Of a DNA stretch of 64,000 nucleotides, positions 46,801-58,300 are shown one piece after another. The first letter of the stretch is position 1; each line of letters opens with the position of its first letter. The translations under genes and the position numbers were made by a program. Below the pieces are notes generated by a model that was not told where the DNA came from, ran no database searches, and was given only the letters and a program-made list of their open reading frames with translations. The DNA is from Minisyncoccota bacterium (GTDB lineage Bacteria; Patescibacteriota; Minisyncoccia; Phycocordibacterales; UBA5272), in contig DALYEZ010000002.1 of the NCBI GenBank assembly GCA_031972295.1, forward strand, positions 9,596 through 73,595, in the 5' to 3' direction.

Positions 46801-49800
46801 ATGCGTACTTCTCTAACGGTAGGCTTAGTTGCAGCTTTTGCACTCGTTGTTTCAACAACAGGCGCTCAAGCAGCACTAAATCTTCCAACAATGCAGTGCT
46901 CTTACTCATTCTCTACGAGCATGGGTCTAGGAGCACGAGGTGCATCAGTTATGGACCTTCAAAAGGTTCTTAACATGTACCCAGAGACCCGAGTTGCTGT
47001 AACAGGCGCCGGATCTGCTGGAATGGAAACTTCATACTACGGTCCTGCAACAATGGCCGCAGTAAAAAAGTTCCAAGCTATCAATTCAATCTCACCAGTA
47101 TCAGGTTACACAGGACCGCTCACACGAGCAGTTCTTAACCAGGTATGTTCAGGTACAGGAGTTAGTCTCCCAGTAGGTTGTACAACAACTTCTGGATTCA
47201 GTCCGGTAACTGGTGTTGCATGTAACACAGGTGTTTCTACTACTTTCCCAGCAGGCTGTACTTCAGCTCTAGGATTTAGTTCAATCACAGGTCTTGCATG
47301 TAATGGTGGTGTAATTTCACAAACTGGCCCAATCGTAGCTTCAATCGCTGCGACAAACCCAGCTTCTGGAGTTATCGTTGCAGGTCAGGCTACTGCTGAT
47401 CTTTTCCACTTTACACTTTCAGGTAACGGAGTTGTTAACTCTCTTACTTTGAAGCGTTCTGGAATTTCTGATCAGAATACACTTTCAAATGTGTATCTCT
47501 ATGAAGGAGCAGCTCGTCTTACAGACGGATACTCATTCAACAGTACTGGTGATATCACGATCAATAACCTCAACCTTACAGTAAATGGTTCAAAGACCCT
47601 TTCTGTACGAGCTGACGTTTACTCGTTGACTCCATCAGGACAGACTGTGGCAGTTTGGCTTACAGGTCTTACATCTGGCGCAACTGTTTCAAATGTAAAC
47701 CTTTCAGGAAACACATTTGCAGTAGCGAGTGGATCAACACTTGCAACAGCTAGTTTCTCAGCGAATACAGCGGCTGGTACTACTGTAAATGCGGGCACAA
47801 GTGCGTTCTCTTTCTTCTCAGCACCACTTCAAGTTAATACTCGAACAGTGTGGATGAAAGCGGCAAACTTCCGTATGATCGGTTCTGCTCCTACAGACGC
47901 AATCGCAAACATTAAAATGTTTGTTGATGGCGTTGACTCAGGTGCTACAGGAACTGTATGGGCATCAAATGGTACAAACTATGTATCATTTGACTTCATG
48001 GCAATGCCTAAGTCACTTACAACAGGTTCACATATCATCGAAGTTCGAGGTAATGTTGAAAAAGGTTCAAACCGAACAGTTCAATTTTCTATCCAGAATG
48101 CTTCAGACTTGATGCTTATGGATCCTCAGGTTGGTGTTAACATTGCGGTTACTGGAACTATTCCAAACAGTGGTCCAACAGTAACAATCAACACCGGTTC
48201 TCTTACAATCAACAATGACCCTGCTTTCCAAGCGATGACAAACATCACTGGAGGTGCGTCAAACGTTGCTATTGCTCGATACAAGCTTCATGCTTACGGT
48301 GAAGATGTAAAGATTCAGACTCTTACAGTTTCTCCTGTTCTCGGAGGCTCATTAGCTCCAACAGCGGGTACTCTTGACGATGTAACTCTTTACTTCAATG
48401 GATCACAGGTTGGAACACAGCAAGATCTTGCGTCTAGTACTCTTGCTTACACATTGGGTTCACAATTAATTGTTCCTGCAGGTGTAGATAGCTTCCTTGA
48501 AGTTCGAGCAAACATTCGAACATCAGGTGGTGCAAACTATACAGCTGGTACAATCCGTGCGGATCTAGTTGTTGGCTCATCTAATGCACAAGGTCAGAGC
48601 TCATTCAATACAGTAAGTACTCCAGCAGTAACAGGTAACACTCTTACTATTCAAACTGGACTCCTTAATGTTGCGAAGAACCCTGGTTATGCGAACCAAA
48701 GTGTGACTCCAAACACAGCAAATGTGAAAATTGGATCATTCGTGTTCCAGAACCAGAGTTCATCTGAAGGAGTTCGTGTAACATCTCTTTCAGTTGCTCT
48801 TGGATTTACAGGTTCACAGGTTGTTACAAACCTCGCTGCACTTCGAACATCTGAGACATCTGGATCAGGTTCAACACCTGTTCAGCCACAAGCTACGAAT
48901 ACTTTCTCTGTAGACTTTACTCTTGCACCAGGTGCAACAAAGATTATTGATATCTTTGCTGACACAGGTTCAATCACAACAGGTACTGTAATTGCGACTC
49001 TTACAACTACATCTATCGGTTCACAAAGTAATGTTACTCAGACAGTTTCTTCTATTGCTGGCCAGACAATTACAGTTGCTGCCGGTACTGTTACTAACCC
49101 TCCTACACTTGTAACTGCGTCTGCAACACAGGCACAGTACATTGCTGCTGGAAACGGTGGTGCAGCTGACGGAACAAAGGCTACATTCAACTTCGTATCA
49201 ACTGGTGGTGCGGCAACAATCACTGAACTCAAGTTCACTGTGACTGCTAGTCTCACTGCAACTGGTACAGTTTCTTCAATCAAGGTTGGAAACGTAACAG
49301 CTCCAGTAGTTGGTGGTGTTGCATACCTCACAGGTCTTAGTCTCCCTGTTTCAAACAGTGGATCAGGACTTACTCAGGATGTATTCATCTCTTACTCAGA
49401 AGTTGGTACAAATGGTATTGTCTCTGCGACAACATCATCAGTTGCTCTTACCGAAGTTAAATACACTTCAGGTGGAACAACAACAACATTCAATCCTTCA
49501 GTTTCGGCTCCTACTATGACACTCGTTGGTTCAAAACCAACACTTACTGTAAATACAGCAACTGTGTCTGGTTTGAATCTCGCAGCTGAAAACAAGATTG
49601 GTGAAGTAACTATTGCTGCTGATGCGAAGGGAAATGTTAAGATCAATGACATTCAGTTCGCAGTTGGTGCTTCAAACTTCACAACACTTCCAACCTTCAC
49701 ATTAGCTCGTATTGCCGATGGTAGTACAACTATTGCAGGTTCAAGTTGTGGACAGGGTACAGCCTCATCATCTTCTCAGACAATTTTCTGTGAATTTGGT

Positions 49801-50112
49801 ACAACAGGTAACACCTTCACTACAACAACTGGAACTACAAATGTTGAATCAAACACTGACTACGATGGTTACACTATCGCAGCAGGCACATCGAAGACAT
49901 TCAGTTTGTACGCTACTGTAGCTGCTGGAAATGCAGGAACAGGTTCAGCGACAATCTCAACTTCGGTTAATGCCGCAGGATTCAACTGGGATGATACTTC
50001 ATACGCAGTGTTCAATGCTGATGGATCAAATGCAAACCCTGCGAATGGAACAAATCTTACAGGTACACTTATCTACAACTTCCCTACAGGCGCTTACACA
50101 GTTCGACAGTAA
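46801..50112 (+). CDS. large secreted cell-surface protein: signal peptide, PG_binding_1-like domain, 2x Cys-knot mini-repeats, then a long Thr/Ser/Gly/Ala/Val-rich Ig-like region
   Basis: Signal peptide VGLVAAFALVVSTTGAQA; PG-binding domain MDLQKVLNMYP...AAVKKFQAI...GYTGPLTRAVL; repeats GCTTTSGFSPVTGVACN / GCTSALGFSSITGLACN; 1103 aa. Terminator at 50185-50217. Confidence 0.6.
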   Translation: MRTSLTVGLVAAFALVVSTTGAQAALNLPTMQCSYSFSTSMGLGARGASVMDLQKVLNMYPETRVAVTGAGSAGMETSYYGPATMAAVKKFQAINSISPVSGYTGPLTRAVLNQVCSGTGVSLPVGCTTTSGFSPVTGVACNTGVSTTFPAGCTSALGFSSITGLACNGGVISQTGPIVASIAATNPASGVIVAGQATADLFHFTLSGNGVVNSLTLKRSGISDQNTLSNVYLYEGAARLTDGYSFNSTGDITINNLNLTVNGSKTLSVRADVYSLTPSGQTVAVWLTGLTSGATVSNVNLSGNTFAVASGSTLATASFSANTAAGTTVNAGTSAFSFFSAPLQVNTRTVWMKAANFRMIGSAPTDAIANIKMFVDGVDSGATGTVWASNGTNYVSFDFMAMPKSLTTGSHIIEVRGNVEKGSNRTVQFSIQNASDLMLMDPQVGVNIAVTGTIPNSGPTVTINTGSLTINNDPAFQAMTNITGGASNVAIARYKLHAYGEDVKIQTLTVSPVLGGSLAPTAGTLDDVTLYFNGSQVGTQQDLASSTLAYTLGSQLIVPAGVDSFLEVRANIRTSGGANYTAGTIRADLVVGSSNAQGQSSFNTVSTPAVTGNTLTIQTGLLNVAKNPGYANQSVTPNTANVKIGSFVFQNQSSSEGVRVTSLSVALGFTGSQVVTNLAALRTSETSGSGSTPVQPQATNTFSVDFTLAPGATKIIDIFADTGSITTGTVIATLTTTSIGSQSNVTQTVSSIAGQTITVAAGTVTNPPTLVTASATQAQYIAAGNGGAADGTKATFNFVSTGGAATITELKFTVTASLTATGTVSSIKVGNVTAPVVGGVAYLTGLSLPVSNSGSGLTQDVFISYSEVGTNGIVSATTSSVALTEVKYTSGGTTTTFNPSVSAPTMTLVGSKPTLTVNTATVSGLNLAAENKIGEVTIAADAKGNVKINDIQFAVGASNFTTLPTFTLARIADGSTTIAGSSCGQGTASSSSQTIFCEFGTTGNTFTTTTGTTNVESNTDYDGYTIAAGTSKTFSLYATVAAGNAGTGSATISTSVNAAGFNWDDTSYAVFNADGSNANPANGTNLTGTLIYNFPTGAYTVRQ

Positions 50113-50311
50113 TCTTTTGATTACCTAAGATTGTTGATTCCTTAAGGAATTATAGATAGAGTCTGGTTGACTTAAATCACCACAAAAACACCCTCTTCGG
50201 AGGGTGTTTTTGTTTTGCTCAAATATCGGAATAGTAAAAATCTTACAAGTTTAATATTTTACCAAGCAAGAGTGCTATACTGACCTTAGTCACATATAAA
50301 TTAATAAAACC

Positions 50312-50776
50312 ATGAACAACAACATAAAAGTTTTTAGCACCGTCGTAGTCGTAGTTCTATTAGTACTCGCTGTATATTTTTTCATTAAAAAAGATAAAAT
50401 GATGCCTGAAGAGGGAAATAATACTCCAACAGCGACAACTACTGATACAACTGTCGGATATTCTCCAGAGGCACCAGGGTACACTCCGGCTCAGGCAATT
50501 GCATACGCGGATGCCTTGAAAAAGTATGCAGACAAAAGACTGCAGATTACTCCAACATGTCAGGTTACACCAAATAAGGTTACGTATAAAAACGGTACAA
50601 CTATCATGATCGACAACCGTTCTGATAAGGCAAAATCTATTAAAGTCGGCTCTACATTTAATGTTCCAGCATACGGTTTCAAAATCGTGACCCTCTCATC
50701 AGCAACTTTACCAGCTACATACCTCATTGACTGCGACAAACAGCAAAATGCAGGAACCATTATCCTTCAAAAATAG
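50312..50776 (+). CDS. hypothetical membrane-anchored protein
   Basis: N-terminal TM helix, then a Thr-rich linker and a small beta-rich domain. Confidence 0.4.
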   Translation: MNNNIKVFSTVVVVVLLVLAVYFFIKKDKMMPEEGNNTPTATTTDTTVGYSPEAPGYTPAQAIAYADALKKYADKRLQITPTCQVTPNKVTYKNGTTIMIDNRSDKAKSIKVGSTFNVPAYGFKIVTLSSATLPATYLIDCDKQQNAGTIILQK

Positions 50777-50899
50777 TTCCCATCTTTGTAGTCTAAATAC
50801 AAAAAGTCCCCAGAAGGGGGCTTTTGTATTTTATTTACTTAGAGTAGAGTTCCTGATGCCTGACTTTTTTGGTATAGTGATGAGGTTCCAAAAGGGTAT

Positions 50900-50972
50900 G
50901 CATCTATAGCTCAACGGTTAGAGCACACGGCTTATATCCGTGCGGTTGCAGGTTCGAGTCCTGCTAGATGCA
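50900..50972 (+). tRNA. tRNA-Ile (anticodon UAU)
   Basis: GCATCTA-TA-GCTCAACGGTTAGAGC-A-CACGG-CTTATAT-CCGTG-CGGTT-GCAGGTTCGAGTCCTGC-TAGATGC-A. Anticodon loop C-U-UAU-A-U. Confidence 0.75.
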
Positions 50973-51032
50973 CAAAGGAGTGACACGGTCTTGACTCTCA
51001 CGTTACGTGATGGTTTATGCTATTTTATGTGT

Positions 51033-51797
51033 ATGTCATACACAGTAAAACAACTTGCTCTCCTTGCGTCTATAAGCATTCGCACACTCCATTTCTACGA
51101 CGAAATAGGCCTTCTTAAGCCTGCACTCGTGAAGGGAAACGGTTATCGTGTATATGAGGAAAATGAACTGTTAAAATTACAGCAGATACTTTTCTTTCGG
51201 GAGCTTGAGTTTTCTCTTGAAGAAATACAGATGATTGTGGATGATCCTAAATTCAATATGCTTGATGCCTTGCAGGACCACCGCAAAAGCATTGCAATAA
51301 AGAAAAGGCGTCTGGATGGACTGCTTAAAACTATAGACAAGACAATCAGCAAAGTACAACATAAAAAAAATATGAAAGACGAAGAATTATACGGATCTTT
51401 TACGAAAGAAGAGATGGAAAAATATCAAGAAGAAGCTCGAAAAAAATGGGGCCACACTGATGCATTTAAACAATCTCAAGAACGAGTAAAGAAAATGGGT
51501 AAAGATGGTTTGAATGAGGTGTTGAAGGAAAGCGGAAAGCTAACTGAAGAAATCGCTTCATGTATGAAAAGTGGTGAGCATCCAGAGAGTGAGAAGGTTC
51601 AGATACTTATCGCTCAGCACTACGAAGGCTTACGAGCATTCTATGAGCCTAATCTGGAAATGTATCGTGGTCTAGGAAATATGTATGTTGCTGATGAACG
51701 ATTCAAGGCAACGTATGAAAAAATTGCCGAAGGATTGGCGCAGTTTATGCGCGATGCGATGATATATTATTGCAATGTAAAGGAAGGAAAAAAATAA
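51033..51797 (+). CDS. MerR-family transcriptional regulator with TipAS-like C-terminal domain
   Basis: MerR HTH YTVKQLALLASISIRTLHFYDEIGLLKP...GYRVYEENELLKLQQILFFRELEFSLEEI; helical C-terminal effector domain. Upstream codons of the listed ORF overlap the tRNA and are excluded. Confidence 0.7.
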   Translation: MSYTVKQLALLASISIRTLHFYDEIGLLKPALVKGNGYRVYEENELLKLQQILFFRELEFSLEEIQMIVDDPKFNMLDALQDHRKSIAIKKRRLDGLLKTIDKTISKVQHKKNMKDEELYGSFTKEEMEKYQEEARKKWGHTDAFKQSQERVKKMGKDGLNEVLKESGKLTEEIASCMKSGEHPESEKVQILIAQHYEGLRAFYEPNLEMYRGLGNMYVADERFKATYEKIAEGLAQFMRDAMIYYCNVKEGKK

Positions 51798-51831
51798 AGC
51801 CCCGAACGTGATACACGTCCGGGACTATGGC

Positions 51832-52161
51832 TCATGCCGCAATTCGCTCGGATATTCCGAGCTCGAGACGGCAGATAATGTCGATACCTCCGAATTCTCC
51901 CTTAGTGTAGGTCCAGGTTCCGTACCCGATCACAATTACATCGGAACAGAGGAAGGACTCGAAGTAGTTTCTTTGCACCGAGAGTTCCCAGATCGGAAGT
52001 TTTGTTTCTCGTTCAGTTCCGATCCAGCGGACCCTGATGATTCGACCCACCTCGTTTTCAAACGTGTAAGTCAGATTTTCATCGATTTCCACCTTCTTGC
52101 CGTCGAAAAAAATACCACTGTCCGGCTCTGGGCCAGACTTGATTTTAGTGATAGTTGCCAC
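51832..52161 (-). CDS. hypothetical protein
   Basis: 109-aa ORF with more protein-like composition than the overlapping + strand ORF 51808..52179. Unassigned. Confidence 0.3.
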   Translation of the reverse strand: MATITKIKSGPEPDSGIFFDGKKVEIDENLTYTFENEVGRIIRVRWIGTERETKLPIWELSVQRNYFESFLCSDVIVIGYGTWTYTKGEFGGIDIICRLELGISERIAA

Positions 52162-52330
52162 ACTCCCTCCCAGGTATGATAGAACAACAGCCCATCCAGC
52201 TGCTTATATATACTGCTATACTAGCTCATTTTAGTCAATAGGGGAAGGGAAAAGGGCTCTTTATTAAGATTCGCTTGTTTTCTTTGATACTATATAAAGA
52301 TAATATTATTAAATCCATAGTCATTAATTC

Positions 52331-55300
52331 ATGTCATATCATCAATCGTATAGAACCATTCAGGCAATGTTTCCGTTGAGGGTAGTGGTTTTAGTAGTAA
52401 TCTTTTCTCTAACTTTCTCACCACTCACTCCTCTTTTAGCCCAAGAGGTTTCAGATTCTACTAGTATCTCTGTAGGAGAAACAAGTTCACAAGTACCCCT
52501 TCCTGTTGATACCGAAATGGCCACGTCTCACGAGTCCCTGCAGGCTATTCTCCCAGAAATTAATCCAGATATAGAGCAAACTACAGATTCTGAAGTAGTT
52601 GTTGATGAATTATCTAAAGACGGTACTGAAAAAGAAACCACCTTGCAACCTTCTGCTGGTAATTCTGCGACTGCCTCACTTGCTTCGAATAGTGACTCAG
52701 GAAAAGTAATTAGGCCTAACATTGACCAATCGACAGGGGCTCTTATTTATGACTATCCAATGGAAACTCCAAATGGATTTAACCAGCAAAATCCGAATTT
52801 AAAACTCACATATAATTCTCAGGATGTAAAAAATGATTCAGTATTTGGTTACGGATGGAATGTTTCAATTCCATATATTGAAAGAGTTAATAAACATGGG
52901 GTCAATGACTTTTATTCTGGAGACGGTATTGATTTTGCTTCATCTGTGTTTGGTGAATTAGTTCAAAAAACCACTACAACATATGTGCCAAAATCAGCAT
53001 CTGATATTGTTTTGATTTCTTTTGTAAATAATGTGTGGACATACATAGATAAAGAGGGTACTACATACGTGTATGGATTAACTTCTGCTGGACGTCAGGA
53101 TGACCCCTCCAACTCAGCACATATCTACAAGTGGATGCTTACTTCAGTAACTGATTCGAATGGAAACAGTATTAGCTATACGTACACTAAGGATCAAGGA
53201 CAAATTTACCCTGACACAGTTAATTATGGGGGGATATATCAGATTGCTTTTGTAAAGGTTGTACGTGGAGAAACCATTGAATCGTATAAGCCAGGCTTTT
53301 TAGTTGCAACTACAGAGATAATTAATGAAATACAGTTAAAGGTCTCTGGAGTATTGAAAAAAAAATATGCTTTTACATATACGCAGGGAGACAATGCGAG
53401 TCGATCAATTTTAAACTCAGCGCAAATCTCCGTATATGATTCTTCAAATAATTTAGCAGTGCAGCCCACTACAACCTTTAGTTACTCAATTCGTTCGACA
53501 CCAAACTGGAACACCTCATCCAATATCACGTTTCCTCCAGGTACGAATCTCCTCAATGGGCATTCCATAGCAGTTGATTTTAATGGTGATGGATATACTG
53601 ATATTCTTACTTCTTTCGCAGATCCGAATTCAATTACCACTCAGGTAGCATATATAAATAATGGTGATGGAACATGGGCAACATCAACCGCATATACACC
53701 ACCGGTAATTTTTTATTACGACAGCGGGGCTGGTTTGAGTAAAGGCTACACTACACTTGATCTTAATGGAGATCAGCTCCCAGAGCTTTTTAGGTCGGTG
53801 ATGGAATGTAATGGTGTGGTTTGTGGGAATAGTTCAGTTATTTATATCAACACAGGAAGTGGTTGGGTATCAAGTACAGATACTATCCCAGTAGGTCTTC
53901 TTTATCTTGGGAGCCCAATAGCAGACATGGCTGATTTTAATGGTGACGGTTTAGTAGATATTTATTCTTCGGCAAGAAATTTCAATGGAAATAATTTTCC
54001 TAGAAAAGTATATCTTAATAATGGTGATGGTACCTGGCTTGATGACACCGCAGCGTGGACATTTCCTTACAGTTCAGGTTCAAGGTCTATCTATACCGAT
54101 CTTAATGGGGATGGGATAAGTGATATTATCTTTGATAATTGGTATTACACAGGGGGTGCTTGTAATTGCACAACATATAACCCAAATAATAGGGCATATA
54201 TTGGAGATGGTAAGGGGGCATATGTGGCCTCAATAAGCTATATCTCACCATACTCATATAGTTCATATCCAGCGGGTCAACCGAGTCCTGGCTATGACTG
54301 GGGTAACAGAGTATTTGATATAAATAATGATGGACTTGTCGATCTTGTGTATGGAACTAACCCTTCAGGAGTTGGAACTGTAAGAAGTTCTACTTATGTT
54401 AATACAAGTAATATTTGGTCCTTAGATATCCCATCGTTGGTATTACCGTCATCTATTTTGAAATTTAGTGATAACGGAAATTTTACAATTGGAAATCCAT
54501 TAGATATGGACGCTGATGGCATTCAGGAAATTTATTATCAAACAACTATTTTTAAAAACCAGAGCGCAAAGCATACCGATCTTCTTTCTACTATTACTAT
54601 GCCAAGTGGAGGTACGGTGGCTATTGCATATCAATCAAGTGGTAAATATAAAGATTTAAATGGAAACCTTTTGAACGCACAACTTCCATTTGCTGTGCAA
54701 ACAGTGCGGTCAATAACAACTACAGATCCAGTCGCTAGTGTTGTAGGCACTTCAAGCTACACCTATTCGGGCGGTGTATATTACTATGCCACGCCTTCTG
54801 ATCGAAAGTTTGCTGGTTTTGAAAAAGTATCAGAATCTAGACCAGACGGAAGTGTTGTCGTAAACTACTATCATCAAGGCAACGGAACAAATAACAGTAA
54901 TTATGAATACAATGATAGTGTGGGAAAAATTGGTTATGTATATCGCACCGATATTGTAAATAGTTCTGGAACTATCCAAGCTCGATCAACGACTAAGTAT
55001 AATTCAATCAATACAGTAACGGGGGCATATTATGTATATCCGACTCAAACAGTTGATGAAATGAACGGAAAGAATACTGCTACCGCGTACATCTATGACA
55101 CAACAACAGGGAATCTTTCGAGTAGTCTTGAATATGGAAAGGTTGTGGTGACCGACCCACTTACTTTCACCGATGCTGGTTTGGATATTAAGTCGACTGA
55201 GTATACTTATGCCACAGATGCATCGTCAACAACTTACAAAGTTTCTAGTAAAGCAACATATGATCAGGTGGGTACCAAGGTAAACGAGACTAAATATTAT

Positions 55301-58300
55301 TACGATATGTTAGCGTTTGGTTCATTGGCGGTCGGCAATAATACCAAAGTCTCACAACTGAAGACGGGAAGTACGTTTATTGATAGTGTCCAAAAAACGT
55401 ACAACAGTTATGGGCACATTACCTCAAGTACTGATGCTCGAAATAAAACAACGCAATTGGGATATGATACAAACAATTTGTATATCGCAACCGTTACTAA
55501 TCCTTTATTGCAAGTGATGAGGTATGTATATGAGTACAATACAGGTAAACCGACGGAGGTTATTGATCAAAATGGATTCACATACCGAACTTCATACGAT
55601 GGTCTTGGGAGAGTTCTGAGTGAAACAATACCTGACGCGTATGGCACGAGTGTTACAAAAACCCTCTATACGTACACAGACATTCCAAATGCGGTATCCG
55701 TACAAAAAACAGATTATCTCAATGATCATAATGGAGTCGAAACATATCAGTATTTCGATGGCCTTAATCGGCTTGTGCAAGAAAGAAAAGAGGCTGAAGT
55801 GGCAGGGACGTTTAATGTTCGGGATATAAGATATAACAATATTGCTTTAGTGGAAAGTGAATCATTGCCGTATGTTGCCACAGGGGCAGGAAAAACAAGT
55901 CCAACAAAAAATGCAGCACTCTACACTACGAACACATATGATCCATTGCAACGAGTTACTGCTATTACAAATAGTATTGGTGTTACGAGTAATATTTATA
56001 ATGATTGGAAGACCACCGTCACAGATCCGAATGGCAAAGTAAAAAAGTATTATAAAGATGCTTACAATAATTTGGTAAAAGTTGATGAAGTAAATGGTAG
56101 TGCAACTTATTCGACAAATTACACTTGGAATCTAAATAATAAACTCACAAATATCACTGATGCACTTGGAAATGTTCGTAACTTCACATACGACGGACTC
56201 GGACAACGTCTGACTGCCGAAGATTTGCACAATCCCGCGGACACATCTTTTGGTACTTGGACGTACGTTTATGATCTAGCGGGTAATCTTACTCAAACAC
56301 ATAATCCAGAAAATAAAATCGTACATTATACATACGATGATATTAATCGCGTAAAAACAGAAAATTATATTAATGAGACAGGAATAGAAATAGCATACGA
56401 TTACGATACGTGTCCTAATGGAGTAGGAAAACTTTGTACCGTGACACAATCAACATCAAAAGTTGTGTTTGAATATACCCCATCGGGATTAGTAAGTAAG
56501 GAAAACAGAGAAATTCATAAATCTCTTTTCTCAACCTCATTCTTGTATGACAGACAGGGAAACGTTGTACAGAGCGTGAGTCCGGATCAGGATACATTCT
56601 ATCGTAACTATAACAACGCAGGACTTCTTGAAAAAATACAATATGGTCAAGCGGGAATGAAGTCAATGATGCGTACCATTGTTGATGATTTAGATTACTC
56701 ACCGGTAGGTCAAATTACTTACCAGAAAAACGGTAATAGTACAGAGACTGTGAATACCTATGATTCTAGTAAGTTGTATCGTCTTACAAACAAAATTACT
56801 ACAACTTTGAATAACTCTCCAAGTGGACATAAAAGAGTAAACGCACTGGTAGTAGGAGGTGGTGGTGGTGTAAGTGGTGGCACTGGCGGTGGCGGTGCAG
56901 GTGGATATCAAGCAAGTACTACCTTAGCAGTACTTGCTCAAGCTTATCCTATTACAGTAGGGGCAGGCGGATCTGGATTTAATAATGGTGGGAACTCGAT
57001 CTTCAGCACTCTTACTGCCTTAGGTGGCGGGGCAGCTTCCGACGGCTTCAGTTCTGGTCAAAATGGAGGTTCTGGTGGCGGTGGTTACGGACAGTTTGTT
57101 CCGCAAGGTAATGGTGGTGCTGGAAATGTAGGGCAAGGAAATAGTGGTGGAAATGGATTTGGTATGGGGAGCGCAACTACAGCAGGAGGCGGTGGCGGTG
57201 CATCAACTGCAGGAACTAATGCTTCTTCAGGACAAGGAGGAAATGGGGGAAATGGTGTAGTTAATTCTATTTCAGGATCTTCTGTTGTTTATGCAGGAGG
57301 TGGGGCAGGCAGGGCTATCATAGGTATAAACGGAATTCCTGGAACAGGTGGTGGAGGAGCTGTTGGAAGTAACGGTATAGACGGATTGGGAGGCGGTGGC
57401 GGTGGACAAGTCGCAGGAGTTGATACTAAGGGTGGATCTGGTGTTGTTATTATTGCATACCGTACAGATGGAAGTGATGGGGTACTAAATACTTCTACAG
57501 GAGGTGTAAAGACAACGTCTGGTGCGTACACTATACATACCTTTACAGGTAATGGAATTTTTACAGTAAATCCTCCATCAAATGGCAGTGCTCGTATCCA
57601 AGATATCAGTTACACCTACGACAATAATGGCAACATTACACAGATAGTAGACGCTTCAGATACAGCAGGAGCGAAAACGGTTACGTACACATATGATGAC
57701 CTTAATAGAATGCTTTCAGCTACGGCTACTAATGTTGCTTCTGGACAAAGTGGATATACGTACAACTACACGTATGATGCGATTGGAAATATCACAAATG
57801 GCCCTGTGGGAGCGTATGTTTACAACGGTATAAGTGCCTCTAATTGGGCAAATCCTCATGCTGCAACTTCAATTGCTGGAACTATTCTTACGTATGATAA
57901 AAGTGGCAACATGCTTTCTGATGAGGTGCTTACAAATACGTGGAACTACAAGCAGCAACTTGTGCAAGTAGAGAAAGATAAAAATACTTTTGAGTACACC
58001 TATGATCATGAAGGAAATCGTCTGCGAGTAATGAGTGATGGAGAAGATACATATTATCCAAATAAGTTCTACAGCGTTGACGTATCTGATAAAAGAACAA
58101 AAAATGTTTTTGCGGGCGACCAACTAGTTGCAACTATTGAAACGAGCACTTCGGCTAATAACATATTTTATAACCACACCGACCACCTTGGTTCTGTGAA
58201 TGTGGTGACTGATGCATCTGGTACTCAAACAAATCTTCTCGACTACTTCCCATACGGATCAAAAAGAATTGAAAGTGGTACTAACGTTGGGGAGAGAGAA

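Noticed and set aside
46801-50112. Possible CRISPR or DNA tandem repeats within the large surface-protein gene
   Set aside because: The repetition is at the protein level (Thr/Ser/Gly-rich low complexity). No regular repeat-spacer periodicity is present in the DNA, and no cas genes are present.
57289-57531. Minus-strand ORF of 80 aa (PPPPP-rich)
   Set aside because: Antisense of the GGT/GGC-rich glycine tract of the RHS gene.
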